Source of the DNA: an uncultured Bdellovibrionales bacterium | GTDB lineage: Bacteria; Patescibacteriota; Minisyncoccia; Moranbacterales; UBA1568 | Reading direction: 5' to 3' | Assembly (NCBI GenBank): GCA_964543815.1 | Contig: CAZIZG010000005.1 | Location: 9,424 to 73,423, forward strand | Length of the DNA stretch: 64,000 nt | In this document: piece after piece, positions 26,982 through 35,786 of the stretch | How the letters are laid out: the number at the start of each line of letters is the position of its first letter | Numbering within the stretch: position 1 is the stretch's first letter | Position numbers and translations under genes: made by a program | The notes under the pieces: generated by a model | Databases searched by the model: none | The model's input: only the letters and a program-made list of their open reading frames with translations | Told to the model about the DNA's origin: nothing

Positions 26982-28277
26982 ATGAGGGTGTTGTTTATTT
27001 CTGAAGAATTAGGAGCTGCTGAACTGGCTCTAAAGCTTAAGAGTGAAGGAAATGATGTTAAGCTTTATATCCACCTTGATGAGTTGAGGGATTGTTTGAA
27101 TGGTCTAATCGAAAAGACTGATCACTGGAAAAATGAGCTAAATTGGGTTGGGAAGGATGGACTTATTGTTTTTGATGATGTTGGCTATGGTATTGAACAA
27201 GATCAATTACGAAAAGATGGTTATAGAGTGGTTGGTGGTAGTGCGGCTGGCGATAGAATAGAAGAAGACAGGGAATATGGCCAGACTATTCTTCGTCAGT
27301 GTGGTATTCAGACCCTTCCTTGTCATAATTTTGAAAATGCGGATGAAGCCATCGTTTTCGTCAAAGACCACATGAATGATTTGTGGGTTGTGAAGAAGAA
27401 TGGTGGTCATATTAGTCACTATTGCTATGTTCCTGATGATAAGAGTGCTAATCGTGACACGATTGGTTTACTTGAACGATACTCTGCACTTGGCTTCAAA
27501 AATATTAATCTTCAGAAGAAAGCTCAAGGGGTTGAAATTGGTATTGGTAGGTATTTCAATGGAAATGATTGGGTCGGGCCAATTGAAATAAATATCGAGC
27601 ACAAAGGGCTGTTTCCTGGTGATGTTGGTCCGAAAACGCCTGAGATGGGGACATTAATTTGGTATGAAAAAGATGAAAATAGCCGACTCTTTATTGAAAC
27701 CCTGGGTAAGATGAAGGAATATCTTCACTCGATTGATTTTAGGGGTGATATAGACTTGAGCTGCTTTGTCTCGGAGCAGGAAATTTGGCCGTTAGAATTT
27801 ACGGCGCGTTTTGGGAATCCCGCGACTGCTTTACAGATCGAGTTGCAAAATTCTCCGTGGACCGAATTTCTCTCAGCGTTGGCTGATGGAGTCTCGTATG
27901 ATCTGGATTGCAAGGAGGGTGTTGGTGTTGTCGTGACATTGGCTGTGCCGCCTTTTCCGTACTATTTTACCCAGCCTTCCTCTGAAAGTTCGGTCGGTTT
28001 TCCCGTTGTTTTCTCAGACACATTATCACGGGAAGATATGCAGCACTATTATTTCGAAGAGATAAACAGAATTGATAGTTTTGGTTATTCAGTGGCTGGT
28101 GCCAGGGGATGTGTTATGCATGTTGGTGCAGTAGGAGAAAACATCAAAAAAGCAAGGGATTTGGTGTATGAGCGCATTGGCAAGGTTCATATTCCTAAGA
28201 TGTTCTATCGAGATGATATTGGCTTGGATTTTGAAAAGCGAGGAAGAGAATTATTGAAAAAATGGAATTGGATTTGA
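26982..28277 (+). CDS. Divergent PurD-like (phosphoribosylamine-glycine ligase family) ATP-grasp ligase
   Basis: EFTARFGNPATA aligns with PurD EFNCRFGDPETQ and the C-terminal RDDIG matches PurD; the canonical N-terminal GGREHAL and KADGLAAGKGV motifs are not conserved. Confidence 0.55.
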   Translation: MRVLFISEELGAAELALKLKSEGNDVKLYIHLDELRDCLNGLIEKTDHWKNELNWVGKDGLIVFDDVGYGIEQDQLRKDGYRVVGGSAAGDRIEEDREYGQTILRQCGIQTLPCHNFENADEAIVFVKDHMNDLWVVKKNGGHISHYCYVPDDKSANRDTIGLLERYSALGFKNINLQKKAQGVEIGIGRYFNGNDWVGPIEINIEHKGLFPGDVGPKTPEMGTLIWYEKDENSRLFIETLGKMKEYLHSIDFRGDIDLSCFVSEQEIWPLEFTARFGNPATALQIELQNSPWTEFLSALADGVSYDLDCKEGVGVVVTLAVPPFPYYFTQPSSESSVGFPVVFSDTLSREDMQHYYFEEINRIDSFGYSVAGARGCVMHVGAVGENIKKARDLVYERIGKVHIPKMFYRDDIGLDFEKRGRELLKKWNWI

Positions 28278-28298
28278 ATATTTTTTGACTAAATATTT

Positions 28299-29237
28299 AT
28301 GTTAGAAAATTGGCTTCTCGTGGCATTCATTGCGCCGATGCTGTGGTCTTTAGTCAATTTGATTGATGTGTATTTTGTGAATGATGTCTATCGGGATGAA
28401 TATGATGGAGCAATTATTTCTGGCCTTTTTCCGATATTGCCTTGGACTCTGGTATTGTTTGGAGTCGTAGCCTTTAATTTTCCAGATACTGGATGGATGT
28501 GGTTTCTCACGGGAGGGGCACTTTTTCTGTTCGCAAACTTTTTTTACTTTAAAAGTCTTTTCCGAAATAATGACGCGGCATTGGTACAGATTTTTTGGAA
28601 CTTAACCGTCCCATTTACCTTGTTGTTTTCCTGGTTTTTTTTTCAAGAGAGTCTAAATCTTAAAGAGTATATTGGTATTGCTATTGTTTTAATCGGAGTA
28701 ATATACCTTTCGCTACAGGAGAAGGGGGATGAGTGGAAAATAAAGGATGTGTTAAAAAATATTATCCCAGCTTCTGTTTTGCTTGCTTCTAGTCTCGTTT
28801 GCACGAACTATGCCTATGAATCATCAGAGGTGCATTTTTTTGATGGGTATCTGGTGTTCGCCTCTGGTATGGTTCTAGGTGCTCTCGCACTTAATCTTTT
28901 TGATAAAACAAGTCTTAAAAATCGCTTTTCTCAAATTACCGTACTGACTAAGAAATATTTTCTGGTATTTTTTGCAGCTGAGCTTTTGGCTCTTGTAGGA
29001 ACAATCACCTCTCAAAGGGCTCTAGATCTTAGTCCTTCAGCGTCCTTTGTTGCCACTATTGAAAGCCTAAGCCCAGTTTTCGTTATGTTTTTCAGTCTCG
29101 TTATTGTGGTTTTGGGAAGAACATTGATTCGTGATTTTTCTGTGAGTGAATCTTTATACAACGCCCAATTTAGAGCTTTGAAAAAAAAATTTTTTGCAGT
29201 CACTACTATTGCTATTGGGATTTTTCTAGTGAGCTAG
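28299..29237 (+). CDS. DMT-superfamily (EamA-like) transporter
   Basis: 312 aa, about 10 TMs in two internal repeats, each ending in EamA-like IGIAIVLIGVIYLS / IAIGIFLVS motifs. Confidence 0.6.
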   Translation: MLENWLLVAFIAPMLWSLVNLIDVYFVNDVYRDEYDGAIISGLFPILPWTLVLFGVVAFNFPDTGWMWFLTGGALFLFANFFYFKSLFRNNDAALVQIFWNLTVPFTLLFSWFFFQESLNLKEYIGIAIVLIGVIYLSLQEKGDEWKIKDVLKNIIPASVLLASSLVCTNYAYESSEVHFFDGYLVFASGMVLGALALNLFDKTSLKNRFSQITVLTKKYFLVFFAAELLALVGTITSQRALDLSPSASFVATIESLSPVFVMFFSLVIVVLGRTLIRDFSVSESLYNAQFRALKKKFFAVTTIAIGIFLVS

Positions 29238-29296
29238 ACATTTCTCCTGTGCTACAATGTAAGCATTGTTAGGGGATTTCTATTAAAAAAGTACCT

Positions 29297-30952
29297 ATGT
29301 TTTGTACAGATATACCAAGTCCAATTGCGCTGATTTTTTCGAGTTCAACGCCCCAGTTGTTGTATTATTCTCACCTCCCCGCTGTTTTTTCAGCAGTTCT
29401 TGTTGGGTTGCTTATTTATTCAAAAAATAAGACTTTACAAGCAAAGTTGTTACTAACGTTGGTTCTATTGTTCTCGCTTTGGAATTTCATTGATCTTGTG
29501 AATTGGACAAATGTTGATAGTCGAAGGATTATGCTGACTTGGTCGATAATGAATTTTGTCGCTATTTTAATTGCAGTAACCACGCTTTATTTTTCGTACG
29601 CTTTTTTGGAAAAAAAGGATGTATCATGGAAAATAAAGTATATTGTGGCTACCCTGATTCTCCCGTACCTCATTCTTCTTCCGACATCAATGAATATTTC
29701 CGTGTTTGACCTGTCTCTTTGTGAGGCAGAGGAGGGTATACTAACTCTATATTTTTACTTCTTGCAAGGGGTATTTTTATTGTGGACGCCATCCTACTTG
29801 ATATATCGGTATATCAATACGCCAAGCCAAAAAAAAGCCGAGGTCTCATTTCTCGCTCTCGGAGTTCTATTTTTTCTTATGTTATTTTTTGGGGGAACCT
29901 TTGTAGCATCGTATAGCGGTGTTTGGGAGTATGAGCAGTATGGACTTTTCGGCATGATTTTATTCCTTGGACTGCTGACAGTGCTTGTTGTTCGTTATCA
30001 AGCCTTCAATGTTCGAATGATTGGAGCGCAGGCATTAGTGCTTGCGTTGGTGCTTTTGATTGGGTCACAGTACTTTTTTACGGTAGATGCCACTAATTTA
30101 ATTTTAATTTCAATTACTCTTCTACTCACCTTTGTTTTTGGTATCATTCTCATTCGCTCGGTCAAAGAGGAGGTGCGGAGAAAAGAAGAGTTACAGGTTT
30201 TGACCCAGGAGCTGGCGCAGGCCAATCAGGAACTTAAGCGGTTGGATGCGGCTAAGAGCGAATTTATCTCCATTGCTTCGCACCAGCTGCGGACGCCACT
30301 GACCGCTATTAAGGGCTATATTTCGCTTGTGCTTGAGGGCTCCTACGGCAAGGTAATTCCATCGGTGCAGGATGTTTTGAACAAAGTATATCTCGTCAAC
30401 AATCGTATGGGTCAACTGGTTGAGGACTTGCTGAGTATTTCTCGGATTGAATCCGGTCGGGTCCAGTATAATTTTGTTGAGGCGCAACTTGAGCCGATGG
30501 TGGCAGACATCGTGGATATGTTCGCGCTCATGGCTAAGGACAAAAAATTATCTCTCAAAATAAAGTTGCCCAAGAAGTCACTTCCAAAGTTGACGCTTGA
30601 TGTCAACAAAATGCGAGAGGTGGTTTCTAATCTTATCGATAACGCTCTCAAATATACCAAAGAGGGCGGTGTGACGGTCGAGGTAGATGAGGAGCCTGGT
30701 TTTGCGGTTGTTAGGGTGAGGGATACCGGTATTGGGGTTGACCCGAGAGATACTGATCGTCTCTTCGAAAAGTTTACTCGGAGTACAGAAACGATGAAGC
30801 TTGATGTCTCCGGAACAGGACTCGGTCTCTATGTTGGCAAAAATTTTGTTCAGGCTCATGGCGGGACACTTGCCGTCGAGTCTGAGGGAGCCGGCAAAGG
30901 GGCCTGCTTCATTATTCGGCTGCCACTGAAGTCTGCTGTTCAGAAAGGTTGA
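29297..30952 (+). CDS. Sensor histidine kinase with a large polytopic N-terminal membrane domain
   Basis: About 290 aa of TM helices, a coiled-coil linker, HisKA H-box IASHQLRTPLTAIKGY and HATPase_c N/G boxes (IDNALKYT, GTGLGLYV). Confidence 0.85.
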   Translation: MFCTDIPSPIALIFSSSTPQLLYYSHLPAVFSAVLVGLLIYSKNKTLQAKLLLTLVLLFSLWNFIDLVNWTNVDSRRIMLTWSIMNFVAILIAVTTLYFSYAFLEKKDVSWKIKYIVATLILPYLILLPTSMNISVFDLSLCEAEEGILTLYFYFLQGVFLLWTPSYLIYRYINTPSQKKAEVSFLALGVLFFLMLFFGGTFVASYSGVWEYEQYGLFGMILFLGLLTVLVVRYQAFNVRMIGAQALVLALVLLIGSQYFFTVDATNLILISITLLLTFVFGIILIRSVKEEVRRKEELQVLTQELAQANQELKRLDAAKSEFISIASHQLRTPLTAIKGYISLVLEGSYGKVIPSVQDVLNKVYLVNNRMGQLVEDLLSISRIESGRVQYNFVEAQLEPMVADIVDMFALMAKDKKLSLKIKLPKKSLPKLTLDVNKMREVVSNLIDNALKYTKEGGVTVEVDEEPGFAVVRVRDTGIGVDPRDTDRLFEKFTRSTETMKLDVSGTGLGLYVGKNFVQAHGGTLAVESEGAGKGACFIIRLPLKSAVQKG

Positions 30953-31006
30953 TGGTGAGCTACTTTTCTGGTACCGTGGAAATGATATATAACCAAATTC
31001 AAGTCT

Positions 31007-31819
31007 ATGTCGAGAATTTTGTTGGTAGAGGATGACCCGTTTATTGCTGAAATATACAAGAAAAAATTAGAGAGTTCCGGTTTTGAGCTCGTGAACGTGA
31101 CTTCCGGCCGAGCTGTTCTTAAAGAAGTGAAAGAAAAAAATTTTGATCTCATTTTGCTTGATTTGGTGTTGCCCGAAATGAGTGGCACTGAGGTGCTAAG
31201 TGAACTTCGACACAACAAAGAGTATGACCCGAATCTCAAGATAGTAGTTTTCAGTAATTTGAGTAGTAGCGAAGATCGAGAACAGGTTTTGCGACTTGGT
31301 GCCAATGGTTTTATCTCCAAGACGGAATTTTCACCATCGGAAGTGGTGGGGGAAATTGAGCGTTTTTTGCGGCAATTCAGAGAACAGGACAAGAATTCCG
31401 CTGCAGAGGCCCAGGTACCAGAAGAAAAAAAGACGCTTGGTAAAAAAATCCTTCTCATTGAGGATGAAGCTGTTTTTGTTGAGATGTTCAGTAAGCGGTT
31501 GCGCAGTGAAGGGTACGAGGTGACCACGGAGCAAAACGGAGAGGCTGGTCTCAAGACCGCTCTTTCACAATCATTTGACCTCATTATTACGGATGTTATG
31601 ATGCCCAACATGGATGGGCGAGAATTTATCGGAAAACTCAAGGAGGAGGAGGCGGGTAAAAATGTTCCTATTTTTCTCCTCTCAGCTTCTGTGTCAATCG
31701 AGGATGAAAGCGTCAGGACGTTAACGGATGCGGGGATTGTTACCAAAGCCTTTCTCAAAACAGAAATTACTCCCAGTGAGCTGACCTATGCGGTCAATGA
31801 TTATTTTTCTGGTAAATAG
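31007..31819 (+). CDS. Response regulator with two tandem receiver domains and no output domain
   Basis: REC1 (ILLVEDD...LILLDLVLPEMSG...K) and REC2 (ILLIEDE...LIITDVMMPNMDG...K), each with a phospho-acceptor Asp; no HTH. Confidence 0.85.
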   Translation: MSRILLVEDDPFIAEIYKKKLESSGFELVNVTSGRAVLKEVKEKNFDLILLDLVLPEMSGTEVLSELRHNKEYDPNLKIVVFSNLSSSEDREQVLRLGANGFISKTEFSPSEVVGEIERFLRQFREQDKNSAAEAQVPEEKKTLGKKILLIEDEAVFVEMFSKRLRSEGYEVTTEQNGEAGLKTALSQSFDLIITDVMMPNMDGREFIGKLKEEEAGKNVPIFLLSASVSIEDESVRTLTDAGIVTKAFLKTEITPSELTYAVNDYFSGK

Positions 31820-31843
31820 AACGATTTTTTAACGGATGAGAGT

Positions 31844-33169
31844 ATGGAACGAATACTGATACAAGAAGCGGTCAATCAAGTTGGTACCGAGGTGAAGCTT
31901 TCTGGTTGGATTAGCGTCCGTCGGGATCATGGTAAACTCATCTTTTTTGAGTTGCGAGACCGAAGTGGTCGAGTGCAACTCGTGATTACCCCGGAGAAAT
32001 CTGAAGTTATTGAGGTGGCCAAGGATGTCCGTTCTGAGTATGCGGTGATGGTGACCGGATTAGTGAAGGAACGACCAGTGAAGAAGGGACAAGAAGTTAA
32101 GCAATCAACCGATCAGATTGAGGTAGAGGTGACGGGGTTGTCTGTTCTCAGTAAGCCCGTGGAAGATTTGCCTGTTGATGTTTCTCAGTCGGAAATGAAT
32201 TTGCAGCTTGAAACCCTCCTCAACTATCGGACGGCGACACTCCGTAACTCCAAGGTTCAGGCTATTTTTGATGTATATGACGCTCTTCTTGCTGGCTATG
32301 CTCTCTTTATGCGAAGCGAAGGGTTTCGAGAAATCAAGACTCCTAAAATTCTCTCGGCTGCTACAGAAGGCGGAGCCAATTTTTTCAAAATCAAGTATTT
32401 TGATCGAGATGCTTACCTGGCCCAGAGCCCCCAGTTTTATAAGCAGGCAGGTATGAGCGCTTTCGAGCGCGTGTTTGAAGTCGGGTCTGTTTTTCGAGCT
32501 GAACCGAGTTATACCACTCGTCACGTGACTGAGTTCACTGGCTTGGATGCGGAGATGGGATTTATTGAGAGCATGGAGGATGTCATGATGATGCTCGAGA
32601 GGACCATTCATTCTGTTTTGAAGCATATCGGAGCGACGTGTCAGTCATCACTCGCTCTCTATGGGGCAGTTATTCCTGAGCCGGTTGCTATTCCGCGTAT
32701 CCGGCTCTCTGAAGCGTTCGAAATTTTGAAAAGAGAGTATGGCAAGGTTCTGGAAGAAGGGGATATTGATGGTGAAGGTGAGCGGATGATTGGAGAGTAT
32801 GTAAAGAAGAAATACAATTCTGACTTTGTATTTTTGACGCATTATCCGACGGCTACCCGCGCTTTCTACAGTTTACCCAGTCCAGAAAATCCCAAAGTGT
32901 GCGAATCGTATGACTTGGTATTCCGGGGAGTGGAAATTGCCTCGGGTGCCCAGCGTGTCCATGACTATGATCAATTGAAGAGTATTATCGAAGGCCGAGG
33001 ATTAGACCCAGAATCTTTCAAAGATTACCTTGATATTTTCAAGTATGGTGCTCCGCCGCATGGCGGCTGGGGATTGGGGAGTGAGCGTATTGTTCAGAAG
33101 TTGCTCGGTCTCGCTTCCATCAAAGAGGCTATCCTCTATCCACGGGATGTGAAGCGTCTGACGCCGTAG
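31844..33169 (+). CDS. aspS: Aspartate--tRNA ligase (short archaeal/type-2 form; possibly non-discriminating)
   Basis: 441 aa with an N-terminal OB anticodon-binding domain; class II motifs FRAEPS, QSPQFYKQ and GLGSERIV. Confidence 0.8.
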   Translation: MERILIQEAVNQVGTEVKLSGWISVRRDHGKLIFFELRDRSGRVQLVITPEKSEVIEVAKDVRSEYAVMVTGLVKERPVKKGQEVKQSTDQIEVEVTGLSVLSKPVEDLPVDVSQSEMNLQLETLLNYRTATLRNSKVQAIFDVYDALLAGYALFMRSEGFREIKTPKILSAATEGGANFFKIKYFDRDAYLAQSPQFYKQAGMSAFERVFEVGSVFRAEPSYTTRHVTEFTGLDAEMGFIESMEDVMMMLERTIHSVLKHIGATCQSSLALYGAVIPEPVAIPRIRLSEAFEILKREYGKVLEEGDIDGEGERMIGEYVKKKYNSDFVFLTHYPTATRAFYSLPSPENPKVCESYDLVFRGVEIASGAQRVHDYDQLKSIIEGRGLDPESFKDYLDIFKYGAPPHGGWGLGSERIVQKLLGLASIKEAILYPRDVKRLTP

Positions 33170-33192
33170 GTTTTGCCAAAAGCAAAAGAGAG

Positions 33193-33222
33193 AAACCTGC
33201 CTAGAAGGCAGGTTTTTATTTC
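33193..33222 (+). terminator. Rho-independent terminator after aspS
   Basis: AAACCTGCC / GGCAGGTTT stem, 5-nt loop, followed by TTTATTT. Confidence 0.65.
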
Positions 33223-33300
33223 AAGGCTGGAAAAATTCTTGGGGATGGGATAGAATGGGGAATGTCCCATTTTTGAGCCCGTTTGGGGAATTTTTCGGCT

Positions 33301-34395
33301 ATGTCGAGTCTTGAGCGTTTTATCAAAAACTTCCAAAAAGGCCTTATTGATAGGTTTTTTAGTCATTTGTCCCAGGATATAGGGATTGATTTGGGGACGG
33401 CTAATACTCTCGTCTATGTCCGGGGGAAGGGCATAGTGATCAATGAACCATCAGTAGTGGCTGTCAATCAGCGTACCGGGCAAATTTTGGCTATTGGGCG
33501 CGAAGCCAAGAAGATGGTTGGGAAAACCCCAGGCCATATCGTCGCCACCCGACCACTGGTGGATGGTGTTATTAGTGATTTCGAGGTGACGGAACAAATG
33601 CTTCGTTATTTTATTAACCGGGTTAATCAGGATAATTTTTCTTTTCTTCGGCGACCCCGGGTCCTTATCGGTATTCCTTCTGGTGTAACAGAGGTGGAAA
33701 AGCGAGCGGTTATTGAGGCTGCCATGAATGCCGGAGCACGACAGGCTTTTCTTATTGATGAGCCGATGGCTGCAGCTATTGGCGCGCGACTTCCGGTAAC
33801 GGATGCTGCTGGTAATATGGTGGTGGATATCGGGGGTGGCACAACTGAAATCGCCGTTATTTCACTTGGCGGTGTGGTCATTTCCCGTAGCTTGCGTATT
33901 GCTGGTGACGAAATGAATGAGGACATCGTGCGCTACAGTCGAGATGAGTTCAATATTCTCATAGGAGAGCGGACAGCAGAAGAAGCGAAGATCACTATCG
34001 GGAGCGCGTATCCGCAGCGTGAGCGCCTGACATTTCCCCTTCGCGGTCGTGATTTGGTTTCGGGTTTACCCAAGGAAGTGTTGGCATCGGATGAGCATAT
34101 TCGAGAGGCGCTGTCGCGATCCATCCGTATCATCGTGAATAATATCAAGACTATTGTGGAGGAAACTCCACCGGAATTGTTGGCTGATGTGATGCAGCGC
34201 GGTATTATTCTCGCGGGTGGAGGGAGTCTTATTCGCGGGATGGATAAGCTCATCGCTAACCAGACGGGTATCCCAGTACGTATGATGGAGGATCCGCTCA
34301 CTGCGGTGGTTCGAGGCACTGGTATTGTGCTTGACGATATGGAGAGTCTCAAAGAGGTTCTTATCGAAGAGGAGCCAAACAAGCCCTTGGGCTAG
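33301..34395 (+). CDS. mreB: Rod shape-determining protein MreB
   Basis: Actin-fold motifs IGIDLGTANTLVYV and DIGGGTTEIAV; followed by mreC and mreD. Confidence 0.9.
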   Translation: MSSLERFIKNFQKGLIDRFFSHLSQDIGIDLGTANTLVYVRGKGIVINEPSVVAVNQRTGQILAIGREAKKMVGKTPGHIVATRPLVDGVISDFEVTEQMLRYFINRVNQDNFSFLRRPRVLIGIPSGVTEVEKRAVIEAAMNAGARQAFLIDEPMAAAIGARLPVTDAAGNMVVDIGGGTTEIAVISLGGVVISRSLRIAGDEMNEDIVRYSRDEFNILIGERTAEEAKITIGSAYPQRERLTFPLRGRDLVSGLPKEVLASDEHIREALSRSIRIIVNNIKTIVEETPPELLADVMQRGIILAGGGSLIRGMDKLIANQTGIPVRMMEDPLTAVVRGTGIVLDDMESLKEVLIEEEPNKPLG

Positions 34396-34418
34396 TAATT
34401 GGTAATGATTGTTTTAAA

Positions 34419-35243
34419 ATGGCGCTCCGACAGAAATTTACACAGACAAAGTTCTTTCGAGCCCTGATGGCAGTGGCTATTCTCTTGTTGTGTATTTTTT
34501 TTCCGCCTCGTTTTGTATTGGAGCCACTTCGAACTGTCCTCGCAACCGTTGCTTGGCCCTTACAGGTTGTATTGGCACCTCTGGCGTTTGAGGTCAAAGA
34601 TACTCTCTATTTTCTCGGTTCAATAGGTGAACTGAAAAATGAAAATGAGCGATTGATGCGTGAAAATATTCGATTGCAGGCCGAAAATGTCAAATGGCAA
34701 TCGGTCGCATCGGAGAATGATGCCCTTCGTACGGAAATCGGACTTTTGCCGAAAGAAAAATATGAATTGGAAGCGACAGAGGTAATTGGACGCGATGCCG
34801 CCGGACTTGGGAATTGGCTGACCGTCGATCGGGGGAGTTTTCAGGGAGTTGAGCGGGGGATGCCGGTCATTGTTTCAGGAGGCGTTCTTGTGGGGAGAGT
34901 GGCTGAGGTTTTTCCGCATAGTGCTCGGGTGATGCTTCTCTCTCATCCAGATAGCTTAGTGAGTGGGGTAACTACCGAGGGGAACGCTCAGGGTATTGCG
35001 AAGGGGGAATATGGCCTGGGAATTCTTTTTGATATGGTCCTTCAGGATTCGACACTTCATGCTTCGGACCGGGTTCTCACGTCGGGTCTCGGTGGGGACT
35101 TTCCAAAAAATCTGTTGATTGGGACGCTTCAGGAGCCTAAACCGTCAACTGACCATCTGTACCAACGGGCTTCGATTGTTTCTCCAGTAAATTTTCAATC
35201 GTTGCAGTACGTTTTCATTATCAAACATGTTTTTTCATCATGA
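34419..35243 (+). CDS. mreC: Rod shape-determining protein MreC
   Basis: N-terminal TM, coiled-coil region and C-terminal beta domain (VVSGGVLVGRV); operon position. Confidence 0.75.
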   Translation: MALRQKFTQTKFFRALMAVAILLLCIFFPPRFVLEPLRTVLATVAWPLQVVLAPLAFEVKDTLYFLGSIGELKNENERLMRENIRLQAENVKWQSVASENDALRTEIGLLPKEKYELEATEVIGRDAAGLGNWLTVDRGSFQGVERGMPVIVSGGVLVGRVAEVFPHSARVMLLSHPDSLVSGVTTEGNAQGIAKGEYGLGILFDMVLQDSTLHASDRVLTSGLGGDFPKNLLIGTLQEPKPSTDHLYQRASIVSPVNFQSLQYVFIIKHVFSS

Positions 35244-35782
35244 AGGTCTTTTTTCTCCGCAGTGCATTTTTTATACTTCTCGTTTTTCTCCAGATTTCTT
35301 TTTTTGGTATCATTTTCCCTTGGTTCCATGCCCCATTATTTTTGATAGGTGTTGTTGTTGCTATGACGCTTGTGCGGAGTTTTCCCGATGTGCTTTTTAT
35401 CGTGCTTCCGGTTACGCTTCTCTTTGATGTTGCTTCGAGTGGTACGATTACCTGGTTCTCCGTTTTTGCAATCCTGACATCTTATGTGACGAGTTTTCTT
35501 TTGAGGCGGCTTATGATTGATCATCGAGGGATGGGGCTGGTGCTGTATGCTCTTGAGTCGTACGGAGCAACACTGCTGTACCAAGGAGTTTTCTTTGCTC
35601 TGCTCTATCGTCAGACAATAGTTGATCATACCGTAATGATTTCAAATTTGCCCTCTGTTGATAGTCTGCTGTTCGCTCTTGTTTCGTTCATCCCTGTTTT
35701 TTTTCTGACATACGTCATAGTACGACGGTTCGAGGATTTCATTGAGGTGCTCAATCAGAAGCAGTTCCGCGGTATTCGCTAA
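35240..35782 (+). CDS. mreD: Rod shape-determining protein MreD
   Basis: 180-aa polytopic membrane protein overlapping the mreC stop and preceding PBP2. Confidence 0.6.
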   Translation: MKVFFLRSAFFILLVFLQISFFGIIFPWFHAPLFLIGVVVAMTLVRSFPDVLFIVLPVTLLFDVASSGTITWFSVFAILTSYVTSFLLRRLMIDHRGMGLVLYALESYGATLLYQGVFFALLYRQTIVDHTVMISNLPSVDSLLFALVSFIPVFFLTYVIVRRFEDFIEVLNQKQFRGIR

Positions 35783-35786
35783 TCGT

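Noticed and set aside
26982-28277. Calling the ATP-grasp gene purD outright
   Set aside because: The PRA/glycine-binding signature motifs of true PurD are not conserved and no other pur genes are in the window. I kept it as PurD-like ATP-grasp of unknown substrate.
30940-31758. 272-aa minus-strand ORF
   Set aside because: It is fully antisense to the clear dual-REC response regulator gene. The translation is Ser/Leu-rich low complexity with no motifs, which is typical of a shadow ORF.
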